DNA from: a virus
Taxonomy: Duplodnaviria > Caudoviricetes
DNA: 49,401 bases
Virus record (IMG/VR): IMGVR_UViG_3300033808_000008
Location: 1-49,401 of that record
Reading direction: 5' to 3' (one strand)
Both the position numbers and the translations under genes were made by a program. Shown piece after piece: positions 36,812 through 44,870 of this stretch. Under the pieces are notes generated by a model. That model saw only the letters and a list, made by a program, of their open reading frames with translations, had not been told where the DNA came from and did no database searches. The stretch's first letter is position 1; each line of letters opens with the position of its first letter.

Positions 36812-37069
36812 TCACTCCGCCGGGGTGGTTTTAGGACCGGAGGGGGATGGGCCAGGCGCCGGCGGCAAGGTCAACCACTTGCCGTCGAGGGATTCAGCGA
36901 AGCGCAGGATGAGGTCAATAGCCAGTTCAGCCTGCTCTGGGTTAGGGCAGGACAGCGAGACAATCCTCCGCTTCAATCTCTGATATCTATAGCCTTTTCT
37001 ACCATTTATAGCGCATTCTGCAGCAAACCTGAAAACTACGCGAAGCTTGCGAGAACTGCGAGTTTCCAT
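36812..37069 (-). CDS. Possible hypothetical protein
   Basis: Plausible 85-aa ORF in the large divergent intergenic region; no clear RBS. Confidence 0.35.
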   Translation of the reverse strand: METRSSRKLRVVFRFAAECAINGRKGYRYQRLKRRIVSLSCPNPEQAELAIDLILRFAESLDGKWLTLPPAPGPSPSGPKTTPAE

Positions 37070-37305
37070 CAGCGCCCTGTTGGATAGTGCCTCAATCGGA
37101 TAGCATGGCGAGACGTGGGCGATGTTGGGAGAGGTAAGGTCATCGAGGCGGAATGGTGGGTTGTAACTCTTTCTGCGAGTAGGGACAACATTCTCACACA
37201 GCACAGGTGCAGACGATACTGGCACTACTTGTGTGCACATAAGAAGCAGGTTTGCACAGCGCTCGACTGAAATGCAAGCGAAACATTCTAAGGCGAATAT
37301 AGTGC

Positions 37306-37335
37306 TTGACAAGAATATGCCTTATGCAGTAGATT
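37306..37335 (+). promoter_or_regulatory. Sigma70-type promoter
   Basis: TTGACA-N18-TAGATT upstream of the plus-strand operon. Confidence 0.6.
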
Positions 37336-37351
37336 CCTGTTAGTAAGTGAG

Positions 37352-37741
37352 ATGACGACAGTGAAGCATACGACTGAATTTCGCGTCAGAGAAGATGGCT
37401 CCGTCGTGGCTCTATCCAAGTGGCGCTCTAAAAGTTGGGTATGGCGAGAACTCGCAGCGCAACCGAACTCGCACGGTTACCTACGCGTGCGAATCTACCG
37501 CAACGGCGCGAGAAAATCCTTGCTTGTGCATTCTCTTGTTGCTCGCTACTTCCTGCCGCCGAGACCTTCTGTAGATCACGAAATAAGGCACTTGGACGGT
37601 AACCGAACCAACAACCATTACTCGAATCTCGCTTGGGGAACTAAGCAAGATAATGCAGACGACCGCGAGAAACATGGTCACACATCAAGAGGAGAATCCC
37701 ATGCCGCAGCAATTAAAGCAGGACTCACAGCGCGTCAGTAA
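37352..37741 (+). CDS. HNH homing-type endonuclease
   Basis: Motifs GYLRV, VHSLVA and IRHLDGNRTNNHYSNLAWGT..N. Confidence 0.9.
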   Translation: MTTVKHTTEFRVREDGSVVALSKWRSKSWVWRELAAQPNSHGYLRVRIYRNGARKSLLVHSLVARYFLPPRPSVDHEIRHLDGNRTNNHYSNLAWGTKQDNADDREKHGHTSRGESHAAAIKAGLTARQ

Positions 37742-38036
37742 GCCGACGCTGGGGCCGTGGCATCGCAATATCCGGGCTAACGGCAAATATCCCGTTGTTG
37801 GAGTGGTCTTTGCCGGTCGCAATCAACACATTGCGACAGTTATTCATCAAGAGGATAGAGAGGAAACCGAAGCCAACATTGATCTCATCGCAGCCGCGCC
37901 TGAACTGCTGGAAGCGCTGGAATGCGCTCACACCGTTCTTTACCTGCTTAGTAAAGAGATATCGGCACTTGGCTGTGACGCCCACAAAGTACCAGAACGA
38001 GTTAAGGCCGCTATCCGCAAGGCCAAAGGCGAGTAG
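37701..38036 (+). CDS. Common phage early protein
   Basis: T.GPW...EANIDLIAAAPELLEAL motif; GAGGAG RBS. Confidence 0.8.
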   Translation: MPQQLKQDSQRVSKPTLGPWHRNIRANGKYPVVGVVFAGRNQHIATVIHQEDREETEANIDLIAAAPELLEALECAHTVLYLLSKEISALGCDAHKVPERVKAAIRKAKGE

Positions 38037-38064
38037 TCCAATTTTGAACTGGGGAAGGTGAATC

Positions 38065-38265
38065 ATGAAACCCTTACTGACGATTTACACTCTTGAACCC
38101 CTCTGTGAGCAGCAAGGCCACTGCTGGCATCCGAAAGGCTCGGGCTGGCATCCGAAAGGCTCGTGGTGGAAGCGGCTCAAGAATGCATTGGCTGGAAGGT
38201 TTATCCGTATCTGCTGCCGTTGTGGGAAAGAAACTTCAGTCTATGGAGAAAACCATGCATTCTAA
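38065..38265 (+). CDS. Small Cys/His protein with internal duplication
   Basis: C..GH.W...CCRCGK; WHPKGS occurs twice. Confidence 0.65.
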   Translation: MKPLLTIYTLEPLCEQQGHCWHPKGSGWHPKGSWWKRLKNALAGRFIRICCRCGKETSVYGENHAF

Positions 38266-38359
38266 ACGCTATCCCGACGAGGACTTCGTAACCTGGGTAC
38301 TGCGCTGGCTCGAATACGAACTGGCCGCAGAGCCGGAAGATGAGAGGGCAAGACGATGA
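38255..38359 (+). CDS. Mini-protein
   Basis: GGAG RBS; MHSKRYPDEDFVTWVLRWLEYEL... Confidence 0.5.
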   Translation: MHSKRYPDEDFVTWVLRWLEYELAAEPEDERARR

Positions 38360-38460
38360 CCCGCGCAGGGAAGGCTTGGGCGTTTGTTGCCTTGCTCGAT
38401 CTTGGCCTTTGGGTCACTATCTGGGTCGGCATTGACAGAATCGTGAGGCACTGGAAATGA
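38356..38460 (+). CDS. Single-TM mini-protein (34 aa)
   Basis: ATGA coupling; MTRAGKAWAFVALLDLGLWVTIWVGIDRIVRHWK. Confidence 0.55.
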   Translation: MTRAGKAWAFVALLDLGLWVTIWVGIDRIVRHWK

Positions 38461-38552
38461 AACTCGCCATCGGAATCACGCTGTTTATTCTGGGATTATT
38501 GGCCGCCGTGATGTACTTGGCCGCCACGCATCCTGACGTGTTTCTATCATGA
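38457..38552 (+). CDS. Single-TM mini-protein (31 aa)
   Basis: ATGA coupling; MKLAIGITLFILGLLAAVMYLAATHPDVFLS. Confidence 0.55.
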   Translation: MKLAIGITLFILGLLAAVMYLAATHPDVFLS

Positions 38553-38653
38553 ACCGCTTTGTCAAAGTCACGCTCATTCTGGTCACGGTGGTACTAGGCT
38601 GGACTGCTGCCATGATGGTGCTCAAGTTCGTCCGACTCTATTTTGGCTGGTGA
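38549..38653 (+). CDS. Single-TM mini-protein (34 aa)
   Basis: ATGA coupling; MNRFVKVTLILVTVVLGWTAAMMVLKFVRLYFGW. Confidence 0.55.
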   Translation: MNRFVKVTLILVTVVLGWTAAMMVLKFVRLYFGW

Positions 38654-38657
38654 GACT

Positions 38658-38846
38658 ATGGAAGCTATCGCAACTCCGGTTGACCGCTGTCTGTGCTGTG
38701 ACCATTCTTGGTTTCGCCGCCAGCTCGCGCCGGCCAAAACCTGCCCGAAATGCGGCTCTACCCGCTGGCAGATTGGCCGGAAAGTGCCGAAGTGGAAGCA
38801 GAAGGCCCGCCAGGATGCCCTGCCAGAACGTCACAGTGAGTTATAG
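38658..38846 (+). CDS. Zn-ribbon protein
   Basis: CLCCDHSW...CPKCGSTRW. Confidence 0.7.
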   Translation: MEAIATPVDRCLCCDHSWFRRQLAPAKTCPKCGSTRWQIGRKVPKWKQKARQDALPERHSEL

Positions 38847-38848
38847 GC

Positions 38849-39637
38849 TTACGCCCAGGGCTTTCCGAGGTGGACCATCCATAAGTCCGTTGTAGGCGAT
38901 TCTATGACCGACAGCGGCATCCAGAAGTATCCTGGCCGCTGCGGGTCTCCCCAGTCGTTCCCCCATGAATTCTTGATAAGCACAGCCGGAGGACAGCCGT
39001 TTGGACGGATCACAGGCTGTGGCGAGATGTCATACCCCGAGGCTTTGGTCAGATGACTGCCCACAATGTCCTCATTTGGCTGAGGATTGTAGATTCCGGT
39101 CGCTGCTACCTGCTCCGATTCAAATGATGCTGCCACTTGGAACGAAACTGTAGCTGGCCACGGTATATGGTAGCCCAAGCATCCAATCAAAGAACTCCAT
39201 CCCACAAGGCGCTTGCGAGCCAGACAGGTCAAATGGGTAAGCGCATTGGTATCTTGATCTGTAGTCGTTGTAACGATAGTCGCATTGTAAGGACATAAAT
39301 TCTCCTCACATAACCCGAGCGTGTTGATGATTGCTGCACCTGTACGCGGCTGTGCGCCTTCATCGTTCGGGAAGTCACCCTCCGCCATCAGTTCTTTGGT
39401 GTACAGCCATGCCGGAGCGTAAATGGTTGGCTTCCCGAGATATGCCCGGTCAATCCAGTCCGCACAGCTAGTCCAGCCGTGGGCGGTACAAGACCCAAGC
39501 TGCCCTTGATCGCGCACCGGACTGTCTGCACCTGAGGAATCGACTACCAGCGGCAGGCCAGTAGCAGAAAGGCGCAGCAGAGAGTCCCGAACGTCGTGAA
39601 CGTCCCTGACTGCGCCGTATGTCTTGCGGATCGGCAT
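38849..39637 (-). CDS. Papain-like cysteine peptidase (C1 family)
   Basis: Catalytic motifs VRDQGQLGSCTAH, GSH and IKNSWG..WG..GYFW. Confidence 0.92.
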   Translation of the reverse strand: MPIRKTYGAVRDVHDVRDSLLRLSATGLPLVVDSSGADSPVRDQGQLGSCTAHGWTSCADWIDRAYLGKPTIYAPAWLYTKELMAEGDFPNDEGAQPRTGAAIINTLGLCEENLCPYNATIVTTTTDQDTNALTHLTCLARKRLVGWSSLIGCLGYHIPWPATVSFQVAASFESEQVAATGIYNPQPNEDIVGSHLTKASGYDISPQPVIRPNGCPPAVLIKNSWGNDWGDPQRPGYFWMPLSVIESPTTDLWMVHLGKPWA

Positions 39638-40219
39638 CTAGATTTCGTACTGCTTCCCGTAGTAGCCCAAAGCACCGTTGAACTCAGACTTGAACTGCTT
39701 GACCGTTTCATTGGCTTTGAGATGCAGCGCCTTGGCTTCATCCTCGCTGGTTACTGCAGTCACCGCCGGCAGGAGAGCCGTGATCGCTGCGATGAATCCC
39801 ATAATCGCGCTCAGCGCTGCGCTCACGCGAGCTTGCGTATTGGCGTCGGTGATATGTAGCTCTGGCAGAATGGTCGAGAGATTCGAGGAAATCACGCCGA
39901 GCGCAGTAGTGATTTCGTTCAGCAGACCTGGCTGATCTGCCGCTGCCGCTGTCTTGTATTGCTGAATCAAGCCTTTCACGGTCAGCAGGGCATTGTCCGC
40001 CTGGGTCGCCCAGTTCTGAAACGTGGTCATGACATCAGCGGAAACGCCTACGCCAAAGGCTGCGAGAACCGCAATCACGGCTTGGATGGCAGGGCCCAGC
40101 AGAGAGATGATCGAGATGGCTTGCGATTCCCAGTCGCCGCATCCGGCCATGAGAATGCACGCATCGAGAATGGCAAAAATGGCGATCAAGCGCCAGAACA
40201 CGCGGGAATTGAATGTCAT
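39638..40219 (-). CDS. Lipoprotein
   Basis: Hydrophobic N-terminus ending in lipobox LMAG|C; amphipathic helices. Confidence 0.7.
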   Translation of the reverse strand: MTFNSRVFWRLIAIFAILDACILMAGCGDWESQAISIISLLGPAIQAVIAVLAAFGVGVSADVMTTFQNWATQADNALLTVKGLIQQYKTAAAADQPGLLNEITTALGVISSNLSTILPELHITDANTQARVSAALSAIMGFIAAITALLPAVTAVTSEDEAKALHLKANETVKQFKSEFNGALGYYGKQYEI

Positions 40220-40245
40220 AGGGGAGTCCTCTCGCGGACACAATA

Positions 40246-40920
40246 TCACACCTTTGCAAGTTTGACGCTTTCTTTTAGCGCGGCTTCGATACTCCCGCCA
40301 GCCTTCAGGCGGTCGGTGATTTCCTTGACCTCAGCTAGGAATTGTTCCACGTCCGCTTCCAGCTCCGCGATCTTGGCCTCGTCGCGCTGAACCCGCACCA
40401 TGAATAGTTGCAGGTTATCGGGCAGTCGAGGGTCAAAACTGACAAAATCCGCCCACTGCCGCCCGGAGCAGGACAATTCCGCCAGCACTTGCGGAACATA
40501 TTGCTCCGGCATGACTCCGTTGAGGATGTATTCGAGATGCGTTTCCGGCGTCGGGCACTTGATTTCGAGTAGTCCTTCGTCGCCTACCAGCGCATCTGGT
40601 GAGGCTCCAAACCACTTGATACGGTCGTGCATGGCAAAGCCAATGGGCACGACCATCTCCCCGATTGTTTGGGCATACCGCTTTCGCGCCAATGGCTCAA
40701 AATCCATACCCCACTTCATCGGTTCCGAGACAAAATGCTCTGCCGTAAGCCCGGTCAGGCGCTCCAGCACCAATTCCCACTTGTAATCCCGGCGCTTGGC
40801 GGCTTCTCCGTCTTTCCGCTTGAGCTTAGCGATGGCGTCTGCGACCCGCGAGGCCGTACACATCCCGACCCGCATGGCTAACCACTCTGGAGATTGCTGA
40901 TCTAAGCCTTCGATAATCAT
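40246..40920 (-). CDS. YqaJ/lambda-exonuclease family protein
   Basis: Motifs QQSPEWLAMRVG..TAS, GASPDAL, LEIKCP and YVPQV. Confidence 0.93.
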   Translation of the reverse strand: MIIEGLDQQSPEWLAMRVGMCTASRVADAIAKLKRKDGEAAKRRDYKWELVLERLTGLTAEHFVSEPMKWGMDFEPLARKRYAQTIGEMVVPIGFAMHDRIKWFGASPDALVGDEGLLEIKCPTPETHLEYILNGVMPEQYVPQVLAELSCSGRQWADFVSFDPRLPDNLQLFMVRVQRDEAKIAELEADVEQFLAEVKEITDRLKAGGSIEAALKESVKLAKV

Positions 40921-41627
40921 TTCGGACTCTTCTTGCAGTCTTTACAGAACGCCGGATAGGGCTTCCCAGTCTTTTTGGACACTCCGGCAGGGATAATCTT
41001 GCCGCCACACTCAGCGCACGTTCCTGGGGCCACAGGACGCTTGGGCGGGGCATCTAATAGCTGACTGTCATCGTAGTCCGCCGGAGGATAGCTCCTTTGG
41101 TCGAACTCCACATCCACGCCTTGAACTTCTGAAGTCGTGGGCCGGGAAGTGAACTGATCTACTGTCTCGTCAGCTTCCGGGTCGGTCGCTTCGTCAGGCA
41201 CTAGGCCCACTGCGCGGAGAATCTTCTTAACCAAGCCAGTTGTGCATTTGTAGATGGCTTTGTCGCCCGAGTCCATGCCTTCCGCATGTGCCCCAAATGG
41301 CCCCAAACGCTCCCCGGAGTCGCCATCGAGGAAGGTATATTCAGCATGGAGAACAAAATGCGGCATCTCGCCACCGGAATTGGTTTTCACCATACGAAGC
41401 AGCTTGTATTCCTTTTCGTCGGTGATGAGCAGAACTTTCCGGCTGAAGAGTTCCTTGCGGAGGGCTGCCGCAATGTCTGTGGCTTTCACGTAGGCATAAT
41501 TCTGCTTCTGGTTCTGGCCGCGCTTCGCCACATGATCGACTGCCTCAAACGCTTCCGCAAGTTTGGCAATCAGGGTGTTGGCCTTGATTGCTTCTGGCAC
41601 TTCCACCACTTCATCCACGTTTGCCAT
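40917..41627 (-). CDS. erf: ERF-family single-strand annealing protein
   Basis: Motifs KRGQN..QNYAY and GMDSGDKAIYKCTTGLVK..DPEAD; paired with the exonuclease. Confidence 0.88.
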   Translation of the reverse strand: MANVDEVVEVPEAIKANTLIAKLAEAFEAVDHVAKRGQNQKQNYAYVKATDIAAALRKELFSRKVLLITDEKEYKLLRMVKTNSGGEMPHFVLHAEYTFLDGDSGERLGPFGAHAEGMDSGDKAIYKCTTGLVKKILRAVGLVPDEATDPEADETVDQFTSRPTTSEVQGVDVEFDQRSYPPADYDDSQLLDAPPKRPVAPGTCAECGGKIIPAGVSKKTGKPYPAFCKDCKKSPK

Positions 41628-41766
41628 GATCTTTCTCCTTCTCGACCGCCAAGTGAATCACCCGGCGCAGCCAGTTGGACAGCGGAATGAACTGCCGCTT
41701 GGCAGCCTGCTGCATGGCCTGATAGAGCGTCCGCTCCAGCCGCAGCGGGTAGATGACCTGTTTCAT
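41611..41766 (-). CDS. Ribbon-helix-helix regulator 3 (51 aa, not in the ORF track)
   Basis: MKQVIYPLRLERTLYQAMQQAAKRQFIPLSNWLRRVIHLAVEKEKDHGKRG. Confidence 0.75.
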   Translation of the reverse strand: MKQVIYPLRLERTLYQAMQQAAKRQFIPLSNWLRRVIHLAVEKEKDHGKRG

Positions 41767-41772
41767 GCTTAG

Positions 41773-41801
41773 TTTATACACCTGTATAGAAAGGATGTCA
41801 A
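41773..41801 (-). promoter_or_regulatory. Leftward leaderless promoter with operator TATACA-CC-TGTATA (41775-41788)
   Basis: TTGACA-N17-TATAAA-N6-ATG. Confidence 0.7.
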
Positions 41802-41823
41802 GTGGGTCGTGGAAAAATAACAG

Positions 41824-41852
41824 TTGACAGGTTTCCCACCGTGGTGCATAGT
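41824..41852 (+). promoter_or_regulatory. Rightward sigma70-type promoter
   Basis: TTGACA-N17-CATAGT. Confidence 0.7.
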
Positions 41853-41860
41853 GCTTCGCA

Positions 41861-41940
41861 GATTTGCTGGGGCTGGCGTGCCGGTTAAAACTCTTAGCCG
41901 AGGGCGCCGGTCACAGCCCCGCGAATCTTACCCTCGGCTA
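41861..41940 (+). ncRNA. Candidate structured leader RNA (pseudoknot or switch)
   Basis: 41861-41875 pairs with 41914-41927; 41895-41904 pairs perfectly with 41931-41940. Confidence 0.5.
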
Positions 41941-42178
41941 TGACAATAGCCCATTCATATCGAGTTTCGTGCGGCGACGTGGAAGGACACGTTGATTGTA
42001 GCTATACGGCGGGAATTGATCGCTACTATGCCTGCATGGGGAGCCAGTCACATGCGGTATCCGAACATCGCCACGGGGAACGTGGAATCACGATCATCGG
42101 GGTAAACCTGACAAGCCCGCGAGCCGGTATCAATTCCGGCCCACACGAAAAGGCATCATCCTCCATCGCCAATAAAAC

Positions 42179-42212
42179 AGCCCCGAGCCTGTACTCTCGG
42201 GGCTTAGCTTTT
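42179..42212 (+). terminator. Terminator-like hairpin
   Basis: AGCCCCGAG-N8-CTCGGGGCT followed by TAGCTTTT. Confidence 0.45.
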
Positions 42213-42303
42213 AACCCAGCTTTGCGGGCGCTTTGGAAGCAAGACAATTCTACTCTCTCGCAAAGCCTAACGCAAGTAGTTTCGGAACCCTGCGCGTTGG
42301 GAG

Positions 42304-42813
42304 TTGCGGCTCTACCCACCATCCACGCGGAGTAATCTGCGGTCGCCTGAAAACAGGCTCCGGGATCAGGTAGTGCGGGTTTCCAGAACGAAAATAGCTG
42401 CCGAGAGGGAAAAAGCACACTTGTCACTATCCAAGTCAACCGACGAACGCTTTACCCCCTTCAAGGAAGCGGTTTGGGGGTTCTATCTCTGGAGATGGAA
42501 AAGGGAGCCTCCTTGGGATGGAGCAGAGCAGAATCAGCTTAGTCGCTTGCTGAAAGCCAGTCCAAAATTGGACTTGGCAACCTTCAAACTCTGGCTCTAC
42601 AACTATGGGCGCAGTGAGAACTTGAAGCCGGGAGAGCGTCCATGCCGGTTTCTGGCACGGCTGGATGAGTATTCGATTTCGCCGCTCGACCGTTTTGGAA
42701 GGGAAAAAGGAGCAGGAAATGGCAAACATCGACCGATGGAAGGAGCTTTGGCCGAGCTTAAAAAACTCATCGAATCAGACGACGATGAAGAAGATTCGCA
42801 GCCTGCTTCATGA
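42304..42813 (+). CDS. Putative replication protein (start uncertain)
   Basis: Helical domain resembling phage initiator C-terminal regions; upstream of a loader-like gene. Confidence 0.45.
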   Translation: MRLYPPSTRSNLRSPENRLRDQVVRVSRTKIAAEREKAHLSLSKSTDERFTPFKEAVWGFYLWRWKREPPWDGAEQNQLSRLLKASPKLDLATFKLWLYNYGRSENLKPGERPCRFLARLDEYSISPLDRFGREKGAGNGKHRPMEGALAELKKLIESDDDEEDSQPAS

Positions 42814-43339
42814 AACCTGCTTGAGATTTCCACAGGCTAATATGACTTCGGAGCACCTGGAATCTTTTGCGAATGAGTGGTATCGCATCTCGCGGATCGT
42901 AGGACTTCCGCGCTTCGCTGAGGGACTGGGTTTTGCCTGCCAGAGCACTTCATTTTTCCCGGTCATGGCAGATATTATGAAACACATTCCGCCGAGCGAA
43001 GGCGCTGCCTGTCGACGCGAATACTGCGGAAACTGCGAAGAGGGCTGGGTTCGCGTATTCGACGGGTTCACAGAGAAAGGCTTGCCTGTTGATCCCGAGA
43101 TGGGTGCCGTAAAGCGCTGTCCCTGCGTGCTGACGCCCACGGCAGCCAATCCTACGCGGCGGGATGAGCACTTCGGCCGAGGCTACGGCGAGGCAGACGT
43201 GAAATGGCTCTGGAAGCGCTATCAGGAAGCCGTGGCGAAGAACAACGGCGCGAAGATCACCACCTATCAGGTGAATTGCATGCTCGATGAACTGGACAAG
43301 AAGCGCGGCTCCTCGCCAGCGTGGAGAAAGGTCGCATGA
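42719..43339 (+). CDS. Putative helicase loader/inhibitor-like protein with Zn site
   Basis: FFPVMADI motif; CGNC..GW...KRCPC; AGGA RBS. Confidence 0.55.
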   Translation: MANIDRWKELWPSLKNSSNQTTMKKIRSLLHETCLRFPQANMTSEHLESFANEWYRISRIVGLPRFAEGLGFACQSTSFFPVMADIMKHIPPSEGAACRREYCGNCEEGWVRVFDGFTEKGLPVDPEMGAVKRCPCVLTPTAANPTRRDEHFGRGYGEADVKWLWKRYQEAVAKNNGAKITTYQVNCMLDELDKKRGSSPAWRKVA

Positions 43340-43542
43340 AGTACCACTATCACCCAAACTGCCCGATCTGCCGCAAGTTCAACCCACAACCTCCAGAACC
43401 CGAACACATGGATGAGTGCATTCCGCGCAAAGCGCCCGTGCGCTCGGTAGGCAACCGTAACCTAGACACGCAACTGGCAAAAGTTGTCGGGGAAAGAGAC
43501 CCGATGTACTACAACCCAGATGCTTGGTGGAGGTACAGGTGA
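43336..43542 (+). CDS. Hypothetical protein
   Basis: ATGA coupling; H..CPIC. Confidence 0.55.
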   Translation: MKYHYHPNCPICRKFNPQPPEPEHMDECIPRKAPVRSVGNRNLDTQLAKVVGERDPMYYNPDAWWRYR

Positions 43543-43624
43543 ACCGCGATACCCGCCATCTGTGGGTTTTGGGACTGATTACCTTGGTGTTGCTCATTTT
43601 GGCCTTCATGGAGGCTTACCGGAG

Positions 43625-43978
43625 ATGAGGAAAGTCAGCAAATCTCACATGATGAAGGCCTTGGACGACGATGCCAGAGAGCGAGTCTTTCAGCGGGATG
43701 GCAAAGTTTGTGTCCGTTGCAAGAATCGTAACAACGGTATCCAGTGGGCACACATCATCAGCCGGCGGCACTTGGCCCTACGATGGGAAGCCGATAATGC
43801 CCTGACTTTCTGTGGAGGCTGTCACTTCTTCTGGCATAGCCAACCGTTTTTAGCTCAAGAATGGTTCCGCAAGAACTGGCCGGATCGGTACGAGAATATC
43901 CTCAAAATCTATAATTCCGGGATGAAAACAGGCAAGGCCTTCATCCGGGAGCAGTACGAGCACCTGGAGGCTTCCTAG
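43625..43978 (+). CDS. NinG/HNH-like nuclease
   Basis: RDGKVCVRC..QWAHIISR..LRWEADNALTFCGGCH. Confidence 0.8.
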   Translation: MRKVSKSHMMKALDDDARERVFQRDGKVCVRCKNRNNGIQWAHIISRRHLALRWEADNALTFCGGCHFFWHSQPFLAQEWFRKNWPDRYENILKIYNSGMKTGKAFIREQYEHLEAS

Positions 43979-44369
43979 AATGCCAGTTTTAAACTCGCGG
44001 GATGGCCTAGGAGCGTCCGGTAGTTGCCAACTGAGGACTCAGGGCCATCCGAAGCATTGGAGAGGCCTAAAACACAGCGGGAGTCATTTCTTCTCCTCGG
44101 GAAGCCGGGATTCCTGCTCGTCTTTGAGCCCAGGCAGAAATATGCCACTAATTATCTGCGGCTTCTTTTCGCGTTCCGCCTGCCACCCGTCCGCCTTGGC
44201 AGGGGAGCGAGCAGGGCTAGTTCTACTAACCCAGGGCACTCGTCTGAATCTAGCCTGCGATACTTCCCAGCCTTCCAATTTGAAATAAACTTCTTGGCCG
44301 AGATTCCGGCAATAATTACCTTGACTAACCACAAATGTGATAGGTTATCTGATGCTGTGACAGGGCAAT

Positions 44370-44870
44370 CTACTGTGGAATTGCAACAATGCCTACTGAT
44401 GAGGGAATACTCGGCGCACGTTGATCTTGAGGGACAAACTTGACTGTCAGATGATAGATGAAAGAGTCTGTTGTACGAGTTCCATCTTTCTCGACCCACG
44501 TCATGATCTTGATCTTGCCCTCTTGTCCAACCGGAAGACCCAGCACTTGACATGAGTTGTACTGAACCCGTTCGTCGGGTTTGAACTTGACTTTCAGTTC
44601 GACCAGCTTGTCGCCGTTTGGCAAGTAGACTTGTACAACTTGATCGAACTCTTGGCCAACTTCGTCGCTTTGTGGCTCCCACATGCTGAATATCCACCAT
44701 TCCCTAGGCAAGATGGCATTTGACGGCAATGGTGAGGAGATACCTAGCGGAGGTGTAACGGAAATGTCAACGTTCGACATAACCGCAATAAGCGAGTGGG
44801 CACCTGCTTTGTCAACAATGACTTTGTCACACGCGCATGTAGCAAGGAATTTCATCTTGTTACGAGACAT
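44370..44870 (-). CDS. DUF6941-like beta-sandwich protein
   Basis: ATCACDKVIVDKAGAHSLIAV N-terminal pattern. Confidence 0.55.
   Translation of the reverse strand: MSRNKMKFLATCACDKVIVDKAGAHSLIAVMSNVDISVTPPLGISSPLPSNAILPREWWIFSMWEPQSDEVGQEFDQVVQVYLPNGDKLVELKVKFKPDERVQYNSCQVLGLPVGQEGKIKIMTWVEKDGTRTTDSFIYHLTVKFVPQDQRAPSIPSSVGIVAIPQ

Noticed and set aside
42080-42150. tRNA gene
   Set aside because: Only a T-arm-like hairpin with an 8-nt loop; no convincing D-arm, anticodon arm or acceptor stem.
43980-44443. ORFs in the convergence zone after the NinG-like gene
   Set aside because: Several overlapping frames with no recognisable motif or clear start; none can be supported.
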